DNA of 64,000 nt from Dimorphilus gyrociliatus (Eukaryota; Animalia; Annelida): contig CAJFCJ010000012.1 in NCBI GenBank assembly GCA_904063045.1, positions 992,001-1,056,000 on the forward strand. The letters run 5' to 3'. Of the stretch, positions 48,180 to 61,938 are shown in pieces (the stretch's first letter is position 1; every line of letters begins with the position of its first letter). Under the pieces are notes generated by a model. That model made no database searches and was not told the DNA's origin. It saw only the letters and a list, made by a program, of their open reading frames with translations. Both the position numbers and the translations under genes were made by a program.

Positions 48180-48664
48180 TGTTTATTTAGTCTAGACGTT
48201 CAAAGAAAGAAAAATATATAGGGCAAAAACAGGAATAAAACAATTAATTGATGTTCTGCACGAGTGCTGTACAACTATTGATAATCCCTCACTTTATATA
48301 TCTTCTCGTAAACATCTTACACGTGGTCGAAAACAGCAGTACATATAACCGGTTTTATCTTATCTTTCGCCATTTTGAAGCAGTATAGCTCAGTTAATAC
48401 ATAATAAGTAAAATAAATGCATAGTTAAAGTTAGCCTTCTATCTTTATTCCATTAACTTTAAATATTCTTTTATTGGCCTATACTGCTAAAATTCAATAC
48501 AACAAAGCTATATTTGTTACATTGAACAGAAATATCCTTGAGTGAAATGGAACATAAACTTATCGATAATCCCTTATTTATAATAATTTTATTACTTTTC
48601 AATATCCTTTACCAAGAGTATAAAACGATTTTTCATAAGATATTTTTTTTATTCTGTTATCACA

Positions 48665-51600
48665 ATGATAAGATCAACTTTATTTGTAATTTTTCAAGTT
48701 TCTCGCCTCTCCCTTTTAACTTGTAAGAAAATCGAACAACATACCCCTAAAGATAACATCGATGGATTACCCAGTTTAAGTACTCTTCAAATTCGCGTTA
48801 TTCCTAGAGGAACTTATTTTCCTATAATAACACCGTCAAACTATGAAGAAAAATGGTTAAAATCCCATCTAAGGAGCAGTGGAATCAATTTAGATAATTT
48901 GAAAAATCCCTGCTCATATTCAACAGCTATCAAAGAAAGTCATAAGTTGGCATTCTATAAAGTTAATAATAACAATGATTTGGATACAAATAATCCTTCA
49001 ACATGCATATCCCTTTTCAATCATTTACGTGATGAAAGAGCTATTGGATTAATATTTGTTTTTAGAGATAAAGATGGTAAGAAAGAACCTTTAACTAAAC
49101 CTCGTTAAATAGCCAAGTTAATTTGTTCTCTTTCCTTCAACTGTTAGAAAATTACGAAGAATTTTACAAATTAGTCAAGAAGTTGGAATTATTTCATCAA
49201 AATATTCCTTGGGCAGGATTTTTTATTGCTGAAAACTTGTTTGATCAATTTAACCAATGGCAGACAGTAGGCTATTTTATTACTCCTGATGAATATTTGC
49301 CCTTCATATCTACAATTCCGGCTAAAGATGAGTTTTACTTAATAACTTCATCAGGCTTTGTGAAAGCGTCTAATGGAGCAGAATTGTTGGTTAAATCTTC
49401 ATCTTATTCGAATTTTTTCAATAATTTTTTTCTATTATAGCTATTCTACATTAATAAACGATGGAGATTTAAGAACGTATAACGAATTACAACCGTTGAG
49501 TTCTCCAAATAATTATAGATACGCTCGTATTCAAATTACTTCACGTAGAATATGGGTTGAATCAGTAAGAGTTTATACAGGAACTGCAATTAGTTAGTCT
49601 TTAGAACCTAAGATAATTAATAAAGTCTATTATATTATTAATTAATTTTATTAAATAAAGATTCAAGTGTAATACCAAAAGTATTTTTATACGACGGTTT
49701 GTCCAAGGAATGTTTAGACGTTTCAATTATAAGCCCAAATATAGTGGATTATAATTGTCCCTATGATTTTAACTCAAATTCGGCTGCTTTTTTCGTGAGT
49801 GTATATTTTTATTTTCCCTTGCCATTTTCTGTGAAAATATCAGAAATTAAACCTAAAATTTTTAATATGGCTGTAAATACTATAATAAGCAATGAAGCTG
49901 GTGAATCTAATGTTGGAGCAAGTGGAAAATCGAGTCAGCTGCAAGCTTTAATCGATGCTGAAGATTCTTCTTTACTTAGTATTACTAGCCTGATATTGAG
50001 TTCCAGCATTAAGCTTGCAGAGCCTATAGAGGAATGTAAAATTCATATATCTTTTAAAATGATATATATGATTAATCTAATTTTGATTCAAGTGAAAAGT
50101 ATGCTATTTTAGTAATGTATATCGAGTTTTAATAAACAATTTTCCCTTTGGAAGGCCTTCTGTCGTATCAGAATGATTTAGGCGTTTTGGTGGAAATAGA
50201 CGATAATCCTACACCATTGTGTAATCCTTATGAGTCAAGTTTACCTAGTTTTAATTTCAATTGGCTACAATTACCTTGCACCGGAGTTGGTTCATCGATT
50301 AGAATAACAAATAACCAAGATAAATTCTCTTTTGAAGAATTAGAAATTTATGTTACGGATAGCAATAATCCAAATATTTACAATGTAGAATATACAGATA
50401 ATACTGGACCAGGTAGCCTTTTAAATTATTTACTACACAATGTATACTGTATATACTGTATATAAATATATATATATATACTAATATATATATAATTTTA
50501 CTTATAAAATAGATCTCTCTTCTTACATAAATATTGCTCCAAAACTCATGATTGTATCTCATTTGAAAGATAGGTCACACTTTGTATGGACAGATCAAGA
50601 TATAACAACTTGCGACAATTCCTGGAATTTATCTGAGAATCCTTCCATAATATTTTGTCATGTTAGAAAACTGAAAGTTTTCTTTATACGATTTAAAGTG
50701 AAAGAATTTGGGTCAGTCAATTTTCAAGTAGTCGGTATAAATGGTTATTCGATATCACTATCTGAAAACAACTTTAACAGAACGTACGATATTGATCTAA
50801 GAAATATTACATGGATTACCGATGAGATTGGCGTTAAAGAAACAACGAAAGCCACAGTGTGTGAAGTAGAAATCTACGGAAACCTTTTACCATACGAAAA
50901 TGTAAACTTAATTAATAATAGTAATTGGAAAATTACGAGTAGTAATCAACTTGACTCTACTTTAAAAAACTTAACTGATGAAGACTGGAGTACTAGAGTT
51001 TGTTCAAACGTAACAGCATATTTTAACTCCTACTATCAAACCTTCCCTTGGATTTCTATTGATTTAGATGCTGTTTATAACGTGTCATATATATTTGTAA
51101 CTCTATCAAGGGTTACAAATTTAGACGTTACTCTAACAGATTACGAGATACCTAGAAATTATAGTGAATATTCATTACATCAAGTAAGAAGAGTGTGTAA
51201 ATTAAATTTAGAAATTTCGTGGAGTAATTTAATTACTTGTGTAAAAGAAACTCGGGGAAAGTTTCTGATATTTACTGCTAAAGAACAACAAAGTTTACAA
51301 CTATGCGAAGTGTCAGTTTTTGGTAGTATATACAATAAAGATTATTCACTAAGCCGTCTACCAATGATAGAAAAACCGTAAGTATATAGATATATTTATA
51401 TCACTAAAGACCTCTAGCTAAATATAAAGTAAAAGGAATCTTGTAAATCATTACAATATCTGGAATTCTATGAGATGATTTAATTCAATTGAAACTAGAG
51501 TGACTTCTTTCAGAAACAGCCATTTTCTAACAAGAGATTCTATTGTTGAGCTGCTTTGTCAATTTTCTGTAATTTCAATCCATGTGATTGCTTTTGAGAG

Positions 51601-52318
51601 TAATATTATAAAATATTTCATTTTGAAACAATGTGTTAACGAAAAGCTATCTTATTTTTATTTCATTCATAGCAATTACTGAAGACTATTCCATTATGGC
51701 AGCAATTAATAACACTGAGGAGAAATACACCCAAATTTTTCACTACAAACACAGCGATTATGGAGATCATAAGAACGGCACAAAAAATGCTTTTGATTTA
51801 TCTGAACCGTTCTTATGTCGTTTTTTGTGGCTAAAATCTAGTAAAGATATGAATATAACCATAGAAATTTATGGTCACCTTCGACATAAAAGTAACAATC
51901 ATTCTGCTACTCTTTATAACGTTTTATATATAAGCATTAAGTTATAGATAGAGTGCTTTTGTAGTATATATATATAGAGTATATACATTTTTATTATTAT
52001 TTTAAATGATAGGTGACAATTTCTTTGTTAAATACGACAGAATACTCAAAGTTAATTGGTTGGAATATGGGATTAGCAAATGGTATTGTATTCAATGGGA
52101 CGGACAATTTATCAAAATGTAGAACAATATGTGACTCGTTCGGCTGTTATTATTATTCTTTTAATTTTGACGAAAGCAAATGCATCCTAAACAAACAATT
52201 ACAACCCTTAGAAAAAATTGAAAAAGTAGGTTCAGGATTGTTTACCGCTTGTGGGGGGCAGCAGTTGATCACTAATGAAATTATAGAAAAGTGTGGTTAT
52301 TTGATTAATGTTCCTTAA
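48665..52318 (+). CDS. Secreted protein D, paralog of C: signal peptide, same N-terminal domain, several F5/8C-like repeats, C-terminal PAN/apple domain
   Basis: Clear F5/8C/fucolectin repeat (LTDEDWST...PWISIDLDAVYNV...RGKFL...LQLCEVSVFG), further repeats ending CEVEIYG and IEIYG, and PAN-like CRTICDSFGCYYYSF...C. Some exon joins are uncertain; this could be two genes. Confidence 0.68.
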
Positions 52319-55097
52319 AGTAATTCAACTCAAGTAGAACCGGTTAGTAGCCTTTATTTATAAGAAAAGTAGAAGGAATTTATGTTATTTTTCGCTATTA
52401 AAATTTAAATAGGAAAGTCATAAGTAACTTATTAACGGATTGCAATTGCAGTAATACTTATCAAAGTGTTATGTGAATGGATTTTTCTGGTAATGTTGAA
52501 TAATGATTTAAAAAAAACTCTTCATGCTTTTTATTAATCAAGCAGGAGTCTATTAATAGTATGAAATATTTATTATATTTACCTTATTTCTCATTTCTTT
52601 GACTGTTAATTAATACAAAAATATTAATAAAATAATGTTAATTTATTGATTTATATACAAGGATATTTTGTTATTACTTAATGGTAGTAAATTAATTACA
52701 ATAGATCTTATCTTCTTTTAATATACGACGTTGTTACAATATATTTTACAGCTTATGAACTATCGAGCAAAATGAGTGAAAAACTACTATAAATAACACT
52801 CAAGGGTCAAGTATTAGTTGTTCACCTCGAACCAAATCGAAATGCCAATAAGTAAATACCTCTTCCTCCTAATCATTTTTTCGTTATTTCCCTCGCCACT
52901 CTTCCTATCTTTTCCATTTAAAAGTGGACAATGCAATATTTTTTGCTGTTAGATTGGCAATTTTACGAGCCTTGAGTATTGTAATCTTTGCGCTCATGAT
53001 ACGAATCTACTAGGTGGGGGGAAAAAGAGAAAAGAATGCAAGAGAAGAAAGGACTAGTGCTGAGCTTAAATGAAAAAGTGTAATTTATATTCTTTATAGA
53101 TGCAATAACTGCCATTACTGAACAGAGCGTGCGCTGATTGGTTTATTTATAACTAAAGAAGTAGAGCAAGAACGATCTAATCGTACTAACTAATACTACA
53201 AATGTAGAAGGGCTTGAGTTGAAAAATTATTTGTTTTATCGCACTCTCTCCACCAATCATCCCTTTAGTTTTTCTTAAAGAATTGAATGAGATATTAATA
53301 TAATTTAGTTGCAACGAGGAACAGTAAATTAGTTAATCCACTTCAAATGAATTAGGGATTAACAATTGAGTTAAAATCAATAATCGTTTAAATTTACTCT
53401 GTTTTAGTGAGCTGTCAAGTATATTTTCCCCACGTGAAGATTAATCAATAAGTATCGGTAGAGAGAATCTTTTATTCAAATTTTAATAAACGGCTTTCTC
53501 CCTCTTTTTCTGCTGGTACTCTCTTTCTCATTTTCTCTTACACTCTCTCTGTGTATTACTTGAGACTTAATCATATCCTCAAAACCGCATTCGCTTATTC
53601 ACGGGAATAAAGAAAAGTCACTAGTGGCATATTATCTTCCGTCAAAGAAATAATACAAAAAGTCTTATATCTTTCATAATTTCTCTTCTTTTACGAGATA
53701 GTATATTGTGTAGAGTCTATTTTTTTTCAGCTAATCTTCCCCATGAACAATCTGTATGTCATTTTCCTCCCCGCTAGTCGGTGAAGCTTAAATATGAGTT
53801 ACAGGGCACAGTTAACAAATCCTTTTAATCATGTAAATTGAAATAATCTATTTTTATCTTTAATTAAAGTGACAACAGATCAAAAATCAACTAATCAAAT
53901 CCGATAGATGGCGAAGTTGCTTTTTAAAATACTCTCTTAGTTTTTTCTATTAATATATTATTAAGAAAAATATTCATTAAGCTGGGTTGTATTTTGTTTC
54001 CTTCGATATGAAACGAAAACGCATCGGCGGAAATTGCAATAATTTCAATTAACAGTAGAAACTATTACCTTATTTTTTCCCCCTCATTTTATTTTTTCAT
54101 TTAAAGCCCTTTTACTGTAAAATTTCTTAGTTGTCTTTTCCATCTTTTTAACCTTCATTTATCCTCTATTATACCAACTTTTTCCCTTTCTCAACATTTA
54201 TAATTTCTCGTATCTTTCCTCTTATTCCCTTACTCCTCCGCCGCTCTAGCCCCGACTGTTTTGTTTATAATCACAGATTTCTTTTCTCTTCCTTCATCAC
54301 AACCCGTAAACAATTTAAATAATTCGCTCTGAACTTTTATCGGTAATGCTAAATCAGTTGAAGAGTCCTCTTCAATTCTCTCAACTAACTTATTCCCTCT
54401 TTTTAGTCAGATTAGAAAAGAAATTGTCAATTAATGATTACAGTTCTATAGGCGATCTTTTTGTATACAAATACAATTAGGAAAATGGAGAAAACCCTTT
54501 CCAGAATGAATTTCACCTTTTAAAATATATACTCCTACTATCTGTGTAACAATAAAATAGCAGTAGTGTTTTATATATCAGAATATATACTGTATATAAA
54601 AAGAGAAACTGGTATTTTTTATTCGATCACTGCTGTGTAGCTTAAATAATATTTATTCACATTATAAAAGATTGATAGTAACTATTTAGAAAAGTTTATA
54701 GTAATAGCTTTCTCTTCGTGATATGTGAAAATCTGTTATTAGGGAACATAAAACAAAGAGAATCACCAGAGAAAATAAGAGAGCTTTAAATTTGTCGTGA
54801 CTGTTAAATATCAACATCGGTTTATAGAAACTACTCTCCCCGCTGAAATTTCTATATTGTACATAAATTAATAATTTAGAACGGCCCTTGCTCTTGTTAT
54901 AGCAAAAATTTCGTATATATTATTGTTTGTACCTGTAAATATATATTTGCCGTGTCAAGATTTCGGGACTAATTTCATACTCTGAGACCTTTTTTTAACG
55001 TTTTAGAGAATTAGCCTATTATTTAGGCATTAGATTATGGATACAAGCAATTAAAACCCTTTTCTTTTCAGTAGTGGGTAAGTCTCGTGCAAAGTCC

Positions 55098-55180
55098 TGA
55101 CGTCACGTTAAAGAGGAGCAAAATTGCTAGGGGAGGGTGGGGGTCCAACACTCGATATGACGTCACGCCAATAGATGGCG
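55098..55180 (+). promoter_or_regulatory. KCNQ proximal promoter-like cluster: two TGACGTCACG CRE sites, CCAAT, AGATGGCG
   Basis: TGACGTCA at 55098-55105 and 55158-55165, CCAAT at 55168-55172, AGATGGCG at 55173-55180, about 300 bp upstream of the ATG. Confidence 0.55.
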
Positions 55181-55461
55181 CGAGGCAGTTAGCTAAGCTT
55201 AGTCAAGAGTATTCGAACCCCCGCAAGTGGTGTGATTAAGATTACGAAATTTGGAGAGTCGGATATTCAACATATGAAAAAGGACATCAACTAGACGGTA
55301 TACAAGCATACTTAGAGACCGGAAAATTTTTTTGTGCAACTAAATTAACCAAAGGAAAAGGAGTGAGAAGGGGAGATAAGGGACTAAAGTAAAGCGTATA
55401 AAATGCAGGAAGGTCACAGAGAACGCTTAAGTTTTTGCTTTCTCTAGTATATGGAAAAAAA

Positions 55462-58400
55462 ATGCAGTCTGAAATTCAGTTAGGGACATTTCCTCCTGAA
55501 ACTGAAACAAGAAGGAAGCCCCGCGTTGCGTTTACCGGTGTTGATGACGACAAATTTGACGATAGAAAGAATATTCATGCAATGGAAAGTGGTAGCCGAC
55601 TTGTAAGACCTCGCATGTCTCTCCTCGGCAAGCCATTAAATTATAAAGCCCACAGACGGGATGCTAGGTATAGACGAGCTCAGGCTAGGATTTATAACTT
55701 CCTGGAACGACCAAAGAATTGGAGATCAATTAGCTATCATTTACTTGTGTAAGTATCTTTATCTTTCGCAATTTAGTACAATAATCATTTCATTGCTTTA
55801 TGCTTTGACTTTATTACCAACTATAGTTTTATTTGTTATGTAGATTATTTTTAAATGATTACGTATATAGAATTAATGGACTGGTAACTTTTCAATATTT
55901 TATCTCATTCATTGTTTAGTAAATTGTGCAGGGTGCTCTATTATATTTATATAAATTGTGCTTATGAACGCTTTTGGATAGAGAAAATCAACACTAAGAA
56001 ATAAAAACTTGTTAAGGGAAAATCGTTTATTTATAATCGATTTTATTGTTTAATAAAGAAAAGGACCGATGTAATAATCATTCATAATAAAACGTAAATT
56101 TCCCCTTCGACGACAAACAATACCCATTCAACTATATACCTAGTAGAGAGCTTCAATTTATTGATAGAGCTTGTTCTATTATTAACGAAAGTTCACTTTA
56201 GACATAAAAGCCTACTATAAATTTGTTCAAATTAGTTCATTTGTTAATAGTTGGCAAGGTCAAGTATGCATATATTCAACTAGAATATTGATAAATAAGT
56301 CTTCTTATTATTTTTTCGCTTTTATTGAACATTCAATAAATATTAAATAAAGATAAAGAAAAATTCTCAACATGGATCAGCCTTTTAATAAAGCAAACAG
56401 TTAGAAATATAGACCAAGAAAACTGTTTTAAGCAAGCAAAAGAATGAAATTGAACGATTCGTTAACCAAAGTAATTAGAAAACTACATAACGGAAATCCT
56501 AAATTGGCGGCCACTCTTTCATAATGTTTTTTAATATTGATTAATACCCCCACCCAACAGTATACAAATCGGTAAGTGTGATAAAATCAATATTATTGAG
56601 AAAATATCGTCCGAAAAGCGTTTACCATAGCGTTCATTACCAGATTATTGTTGGTTAAATGGTAGTTAGATACAGTTGGAACGGTATTAATCAATCTTAT
56701 TTGCTCTCCAGTTTTTCCCAACCACATTTATTTATAGCGTCTATTCGGACGGCATCTTGTCCTGTCATTTCTTAAGTGTTTCTCGACAAGAGGTCGAGTT
56801 AGCGTTTACATAAAACACTGTTTGTCAATTAATTCCGCTTTAACCTTTCTTGTACCTGATTAGAATATTAGTAATATGATTTAATACTTTTACTTTGTAG
56901 CTAACAATTCATTTTTAACGTTTCATAAAGCATAATTTAATGATTAAGCCAGGTTGAAAAGTTTTAAATAAACGTTAAGCGAACAGAGCTCAGGATACTA
57001 ATCAATCAATAGCCCTTCTATTATATTAATGTTACTATTATACAGTTCGAATAAATATTTTCATACTTAAAGAATAAATTTGGAGTGCATATTAATGACT
57101 TTTTAGCATTATGTATTGTTATATTATAAAGTACCACAAAAAAAGAAAGTTTAGCGACTTTAAATATTGTAAATATCGTTTATACTGAAAGATACACTCA
57201 AATAGCTAAAGTATGACGGTATAGTTTGACAGCTAACGTATAAGCCTTGATATGATTGTCGATCCATCCCTGTCTTGTTATATACAATATTCATGAGACT
57301 ATGCAATCTGAAATTCGATTGTGAAAAACACCATATGCTCAAGGCATTTCCTCCTTCTAGTCTACCGTCTATTTCGTTCATCTCTTAGATATATTAGATT
57401 TGTATTAAATGAATTTCACGTAAATGAATATAAACAAAGTCGTATAGGTTCTAGGATAATATAGACTGTACATTTCTACAATCTGCGTAAAGTATTGCCA
57501 TTATGCAAAGATAAACCCTATAGCATCTTTTATATTTGATATATTTCATTTAGCATTCTCTACTATGCAAAATTTACAAGTGTATTTATAAAACATTTTA
57601 GAAGTTATATATTTGTATGTTAAATGATACTTATATATCTACTATATGTTGTTATTTTGTAACATCAAAGTCAGTTAAATGGATTAGCTTTATGGGAGAC
57701 GCTTCTAATATAAAAAAAGCACAGTTGCATTTGAATTCATAAAAACATTTTTTCCTTTAACCGGTTTGATCAACTACGGAAGCTAAAATAATTGATACGA
57801 AAACGATCATTTTGAATTAAGGTGTCAATCACCTAATTAAAGAGTCGAATTACACTTTTGAGCATTCACTTCACCTTCCTAAGGAGGTCGCCTTAGGCGT
57901 TTGTAGGTTTCAGAATTAGGAATGCTTGACTAGTCAAGCAAGCATCTCTGACCGTCTACTGATTATGTCCTGTATATAAGGAAGTGTGAAGTTCGTTATT
58001 TAGTATAGATTTTCCCTTCACAGCGGTATTACCAATCTTTTCATTGGCGTCTAACAAAGGAAAGCTAGACAGGAGATGAAGGAAAATCTTATTTAGCCTC
58101 CCGCACGTTTGCGTACTCTGAGGATTAATAATTGATAGTTTACAGTCCCCAAGAAGATAAATTTTGTGCAAAGTCGATAATTATTATACAGTTGAATAGA
58201 TTAGAAAGGAAGAAATAGAAAAATATTAAAAAATGAAAAATATATATAGACAATATAGAGAAGAATCGCTATACTATATATATCCAACTTTCTTCCACTT
58301 TATTTCATCATTTTTAATATCTTTTGCCTATGAAATTTTTAGCTATATCTTGAAGATGAACTTAATTATTTTTGCTTATAATATAACTTGACAAGTTTAC

Positions 58401-61400
58401 ACAGTCTATCAGTTGTAAAACTGAACTCATAACCAAGAATATATTGTTGATGGATGGGTTCTTCATATTTGAGAAAGATTTTGTTTCTTTTAAACTTGTG
58501 GTTAGTCAGGTGTCATCCTCGTTGACGTTAATATTAAAAATTGTATATGCTTCACGGATGGGGCGTTTTATATAAACAGCATTTTATTTATTTACCAAAC
58601 CCTCTAGTTACAAGACTGTTTACCCTACGGAAATAAATACATATACATAGATATTTTTGTGGTCAGTTACTCCTTTTTTTTCTTCTTTTTCCTTACTTCA
58701 TAAAAACTTACACTTTCCAGTGTAACACTTAGTATTTATTATTCTGTTTATATTCCATACTTTATTTGTATGAACGAAAACAATATTGGATTCCTGTAGA
58801 TAAAATGCTCGTTAATCGCTAACCATCCGATTAAATTTGTTTGATAGACGTCGACCGTATATTCCTGCAATTATCTTCTTTTTTTTTGCTAGGCTTACAT
58901 GACTAGGGTAATTTGGCAATTGTGCATTTTCGTATATATTTTTAAACGGAAAATTTCGTAGTAGTAGCGTGATATATTGTAAGTGATAGAGAGTTAATAG
59001 CGGTCTCGAGTAGGCGACAATCTCTTCAATTAAGCCAACTAACCAATACTCTTAAACCTCTAGATATAGATTCAGAAAAAAAGCGAGGTTAATCTACCAT
59101 AAATCCATCCAAAGTTCCGCCGATCGCTAACTTAATTGTAACAGTCTGTTACCCTCGATTGCTTTGACACGCATTAGCCAGAAATAACAGGCGTAATTTG
59201 AAACGGTTCGTGATTTATACGGAGAATGAGATAGAATTGATGATTTTCTTGATATAGGCGCGTATAGAAGGTTTATCTGGAGTGATTCTTTATAATCTCT
59301 TGAGGGTAGAAAGACTTCAAATAAAGACTAACTATTTTTCCTTTTACTCTACAGGTTCTTAATGGTCTTTCTGTGCCTTCTCTTAAGCATTTTCTCAACG
59401 GTTCCTGCATTCGAGAACGCATCAACGAATATTTTATACTATTTGGTAAGAATTTAGTAGTTTTGAGTTATATCTCCTGCAGACAACTAAAACATCATTA
59501 TCAATATATACCAGTATCTAAATAAACTATATATACATATTGTCTATCTACCAACAGGAATTGATTATGGTGCTTTGGTTTATGAGCGAATATACTTTGA
59601 GGTTATGGTCTGCAGGCTGTAGATATAGATATCAGGGATGGCGTGGACGAGGAAAATTTGCTAGAAAACCGTTATGTGTGATCGGTTAGTAAAATTTTGT
59701 TTATTATAAACTTATACTTATTTATTAAGATAAAATAACAAAAAAAACTGCAGGTATATATGAATATCGATCGAGCTAAACGAACGATCAACGTCCTTCT
59801 TCCCCTATCTTTCTTTTATAGTTTGTCAATCGAGCAGTGTCTTTAGCATAAGTGAATTTATGCTTGGGGATGTTTGCTAGTCTCTTTTTCAAGCCTGACT
59901 CGTTTTTTTTCTTTCAATAAAGCTTAAATGGATCAATTCCTCTCTTTCAATGAAAAGAAATGAGAAAGGAGTTGGATAGGGGGGCAGACGTGACAATCAA
60001 GACAAACTGCAGTAGATACTGTAATAATATAATTGAATAAACCACACACGGAAGTAGTCATCTGCAAAAATTGCTATTTGTCGACTGCGTGCATATAGAG
60101 CAAATAGTGTATTTACTTGATTTATGCTCCGTCGTTTTAATTCTCTGTATAAGACTCTAACATACTTTTCTCTATCTTTTTATCCGGCAAAACCAAACTT
60201 AAGTTAATTACTCTAGATTGAGTTTTATATTTCTGATCATGCTTAAAATTGAAAAACACACTTACCATTAACATAAAACGGCCAACAATAAGAAAAATAT
60301 TATGCTATTGTTAGTTTATGTATAATCCACTACAAATCTTCTTAACCTCTCTGCCTCTTCTCTTGACTATCTCGATTAAAAAAGCATTATCAATATTTCT
60401 ATTGCTAATAGGAAGAGAGAAAGACTGAAGTGATGGGAATTTTATAAGCACGTAGGGCATTTAGTTGATTTATTTTTGTATACAGACACCGCTTTTTACT
60501 CTTTAAGATCAACAGGAATTTATCCAACACGTACAACAATCTTGCCTTACTCTTAGGAAAGAGTTAATCAGTTATTTGTAGCTTTCTTAAAGAAAATAAT
60601 TACTTCCTTTGGTCGAATTTTTTACCTGCAGTTTAATTCCAATAGTTCTATCCAGCAACACTAATTCTACGTCTTTGCTTAAAATTCAAAGTTGAAAGAG
60701 AGAGATTGATTAAATATTTTTTACATATAGTCATCAAAGTAAAAGCAAGAAATAGTTCTATCTGTTTAAATAAAAAACAAAAACTTATATCAATTTCTAC
60801 AAGTGACAAAAAAGTCTTCTATCTAACAGGCTCACTACTATAATGCCCAAAGCATAGTTTTCATTAGTAAATCCTATTAATCCTTTCTTTAGGCAAACCT
60901 AAATAAATGAAATATCCTTTTGCAGATCTCATCGTGATTGCGGCAAGTATCGTCATCCTTTGTTTAGGCTCCAACGGACAAGTGTTTGCCACTTCCGCCC
61001 TCAGGGGACTTCGTTTCTTTCAAATACTACGGATGGTTAGGGTGGATCGAAGGGGTGGTAGTTGGAAATTATTAGGTTCTGTTGTCTGGGCTCATAGACA
61101 AGAGCTGTTTACTACTTTATACATTGGCTTTCTCGGTTTGATATTTGCTTCCTTTCTCGTTTATTTGGCGGAAAAGGATAAAAATAGCAAAAAATTTGGC
61201 ACATACGCCGACGCATTATGGTGGGGAGTAGTAAGTATTTTGATAACGTTAAAAAACGAAGCTAATTTTCAATCTATTTCCTAAGTGCCATTACTAATAA
61301 TGCAAAAAATTATTTCCTTCAAAGATTACTCTATGTACTGTGGGATATGGAGATACGGTTCCAGTAACTTGGGCCGGAAAACTAATTGCTGCATGCTGTG

Positions 61401-61886
61401 CTATTTTAGGCATTTCTTTTTTCGCTCTTCCAGCAGTAAGTATTAATTCGTGTATTAATATCTTGCATATAGCCATACCACTCAAACGTTTAACTACGAT
61501 ATTTTCTTTTGTTTGCTCCAAGTCACCTTCTTTTCCCTAGTAACTGTATACACGTTGAAGTAAATCGTTGATTGACTAATTGCCATTCGATCACCACGTA
61601 CTTTACAGGGTATAATGGGTTCTGGATTTGCGCTCAAAGTTCAACAGCAGCAACGTCAGAAACACTTGATTCGACGAAGGGTACCAGCAGCAACTCTCAT
61701 TCAATGCCTATGGCGATGCTACGCTGCCGACGAACACTCTTTAAGTGAAGCAACTTGGAAGATTCATTTGAAGCCTTGCAGAAGCCCGCCAGCGTGAGTA
61801 TCGGTAAACATTCGGTCCATTTATATTTCATATATACCGTTTACATATAGATATATATATACAGGTATATATATATATATGTAGAA

Positions 61887-61938
<52 letters not shown>

